Shown: positions 62,744 to 64,000 of the stretch, piece after piece
Layout of the letters: the number at the start of each line of letters is the position of its first letter
How positions within the stretch are numbered: the first letter of the stretch is position 1
Origin: Rhodosorus marinus CCMP1338
Taxonomy: Eukaryota > Plantae > Rhodophyta
DNA length: 64,000 nucleotides
Direction: 5' to 3'
Assembly: GCA_029953675.1 (NCBI GenBank)
Contig: JAMWBK010000009.1
Coordinates: 310,001 to 374,000 of the forward strand
Program-made: the position numbers and the translations under genes
Notes under the pieces: model-generated
What the model saw: the letters and a program-made list of their open reading frames with translations, nothing else
Database searches by the model: none
What the model was told of the DNA's origin: nothing

Positions 62744-63034
62744 ACGAGCACCACCACTGAGACAAACAGCAAAGGCCCACAACTTCTAGAAACCTCAGAC
62801 CTATAGACCTACAGCTCATGACGGGAGGGGCACATACTAGGGACTGGATGGCGAGCACATCACCGCATGTGCAGAATCGGCATAGAAGTTGGTCCCAGCG
62901 TTGCGTCAAAGTCTCGTATTGGAAAAAGCAACCGAAAACTCTCCCGACCTCGACCTTCAGAAAACTGAAAAGTCCGACTCGGAATCTAGATCCCAAAATC
63001 AAGCCGTGGTCTCCCCAACTCCTCTTCAAAGCTT

Positions 63035-63146
63035 GTACCATCCACCAATACTCAATCTACCGGAGAAACCATTCGGTTTCTTTGGTACCATCCACCAATA
63101 CTCAATCTACCAAAGAAACCGAATGGTTTCTCCGGTAGATTGAGTA
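63035..63146. repeat. Perfect 39-bp inverted repeat with nested palindromes and an overlapping 27-bp direct repeat
   Basis: 63049-63087 is the exact reverse complement of 63108-63146; gtaccatccaccaatactcaatctacc occurs at 63035 and 63085. Confidence 0.95.
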
Positions 63147-63621
63147 GTTTTCAATGTCACCAAAGCAAAACACCCCGGACAGAATCGACAATCGATGGGG
63201 ACGAAGAACTCGATCCCATAGGAAACATATCAAAAATATGAACAAGACAGCGATCGTCTAATGTGCCAAACCGTTCCCTAAAACAGAAACGGAGACAAAA
63301 TATTGATGGCGATGAAGTCAGCCTTATCAAGCTGTGAACAAGGCGACCATCCATTCGGCGCCAAATTGAAACGGAGGTCACTCAGAAAAAGAGACAGCGA
63401 TCCCCTTTTTAATGGGAGGAAGGTCACACAACCTGATCGGTAGTTTGCACAAAGAAAAAGGCTCAAGGATATCCACTCATCGGAACAACGGAGGAAACTG
63501 ATTCCACGATGGGGGAAATATGATACGCCCACTAGTTGGAGAGAGATAAGGACCTGAGGCTGAGGGTGTTGGAATTCTGTTGACTTTTTCAGGGTTGAGC
63601 TTCGGGCGCCCCTGAAGAGAG

Positions 63622-64000
63622 ATGTATCATTCACCGTTAGCTCGACATGTCTTTCGACGAGGGGATTTGATAGGATGTATTGGTGACGGAAGAAGAAACC
63701 TTCATCGCACTGGCGTCGCGTTGAGGACTTTCCGAGGGGTGAGTTTTCGGTTTCTGTCTTTCCCCTGTGTTGAAAGAAGGTTACTCCAGTTCTTAACTAC
63801 TCCGACACGGACTCTGTGGATACGCCTAGGGAGATGGAACGAATTCATCCAGTCGTTCCAGGAAGCCCCTACCGATGAATCTTGGGATCATTGTAGTACC
63901 CCAACAATCGAACTACATTGTCGAAAGGTTCGGGAAATTTTATCGTCTGCTTAATCCTGGAATCGAGTTCCTTATTCCGCTCGTAGACCAGGTCGCATAC
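63622..64000 (+). CDS. Stomatin-like protein 2 (SPFH/band 7), 5' part, runs off the window
   Basis: After an intron: PMNLGIIVVPQQSNYIVERFGKFYRLLNPGIEFLIPLVDQVAY, the typical SLP-2 N-terminus; first exon Arg-rich, presequence-like. Confidence 0.85.

Noticed and set aside
63150-63600. Repeated decayed peptide motifs (IDGDEE/IDGDEV, RQRS) upstream of the stomatin-like gene
   Set aside because: Short, stop-interrupted and weakly similar; insufficient to call a gene or element

Overview
A gene-dense eukaryotic nuclear region with short GT-AG introns (mostly 40-120 nt) and AT-rich intergenic gaps. Plastid transit peptides of the M(x)AF(V/I) type suggest a compact-genome red alga (inference). Recognisable genes in order: SMC5(-), FdC2-type ferredoxin(+), STE24(+), a long PPR-like protein(-), a MenF-like/MenD fusion(+), mitochondrial intermediate peptidase(-), an SMPDL3/PPN1-like metallophosphoesterase(-), a double-AAA ATPase(+), MED19(+), SEC62(+), MATE(+), YgfZ-like(-), EPSPS(+), HIBCH(-) in two copies, DCP1(+), HIBADH(-), Miro GTPase(-), soluble pyrophosphatase(+), and the 5' part of a stomatin-like protein(+). 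The most unusual part is 39.5-50.7 kb. A ~3.5 kb near-identical tandem duplication (EPSPS 3' half + HIBCH + orphan segment) has exactly six whole units of a structured ~176 bp repeat at its junction. It is followed by an orphan, extremely acidic ~573 aa ORF and a second array of the same repeat that ends at the same unit boundary and is progressively more diverged leftwards. The two HIBCH copies differ by a cluster of mostly non-synonymous changes near the active site. Two unrelated intergenic tandem dimers elsewhere also have ~175 bp periods. All identifications were made by eye from motifs, no database searches were run, and exon boundaries and some start codons are provisional.
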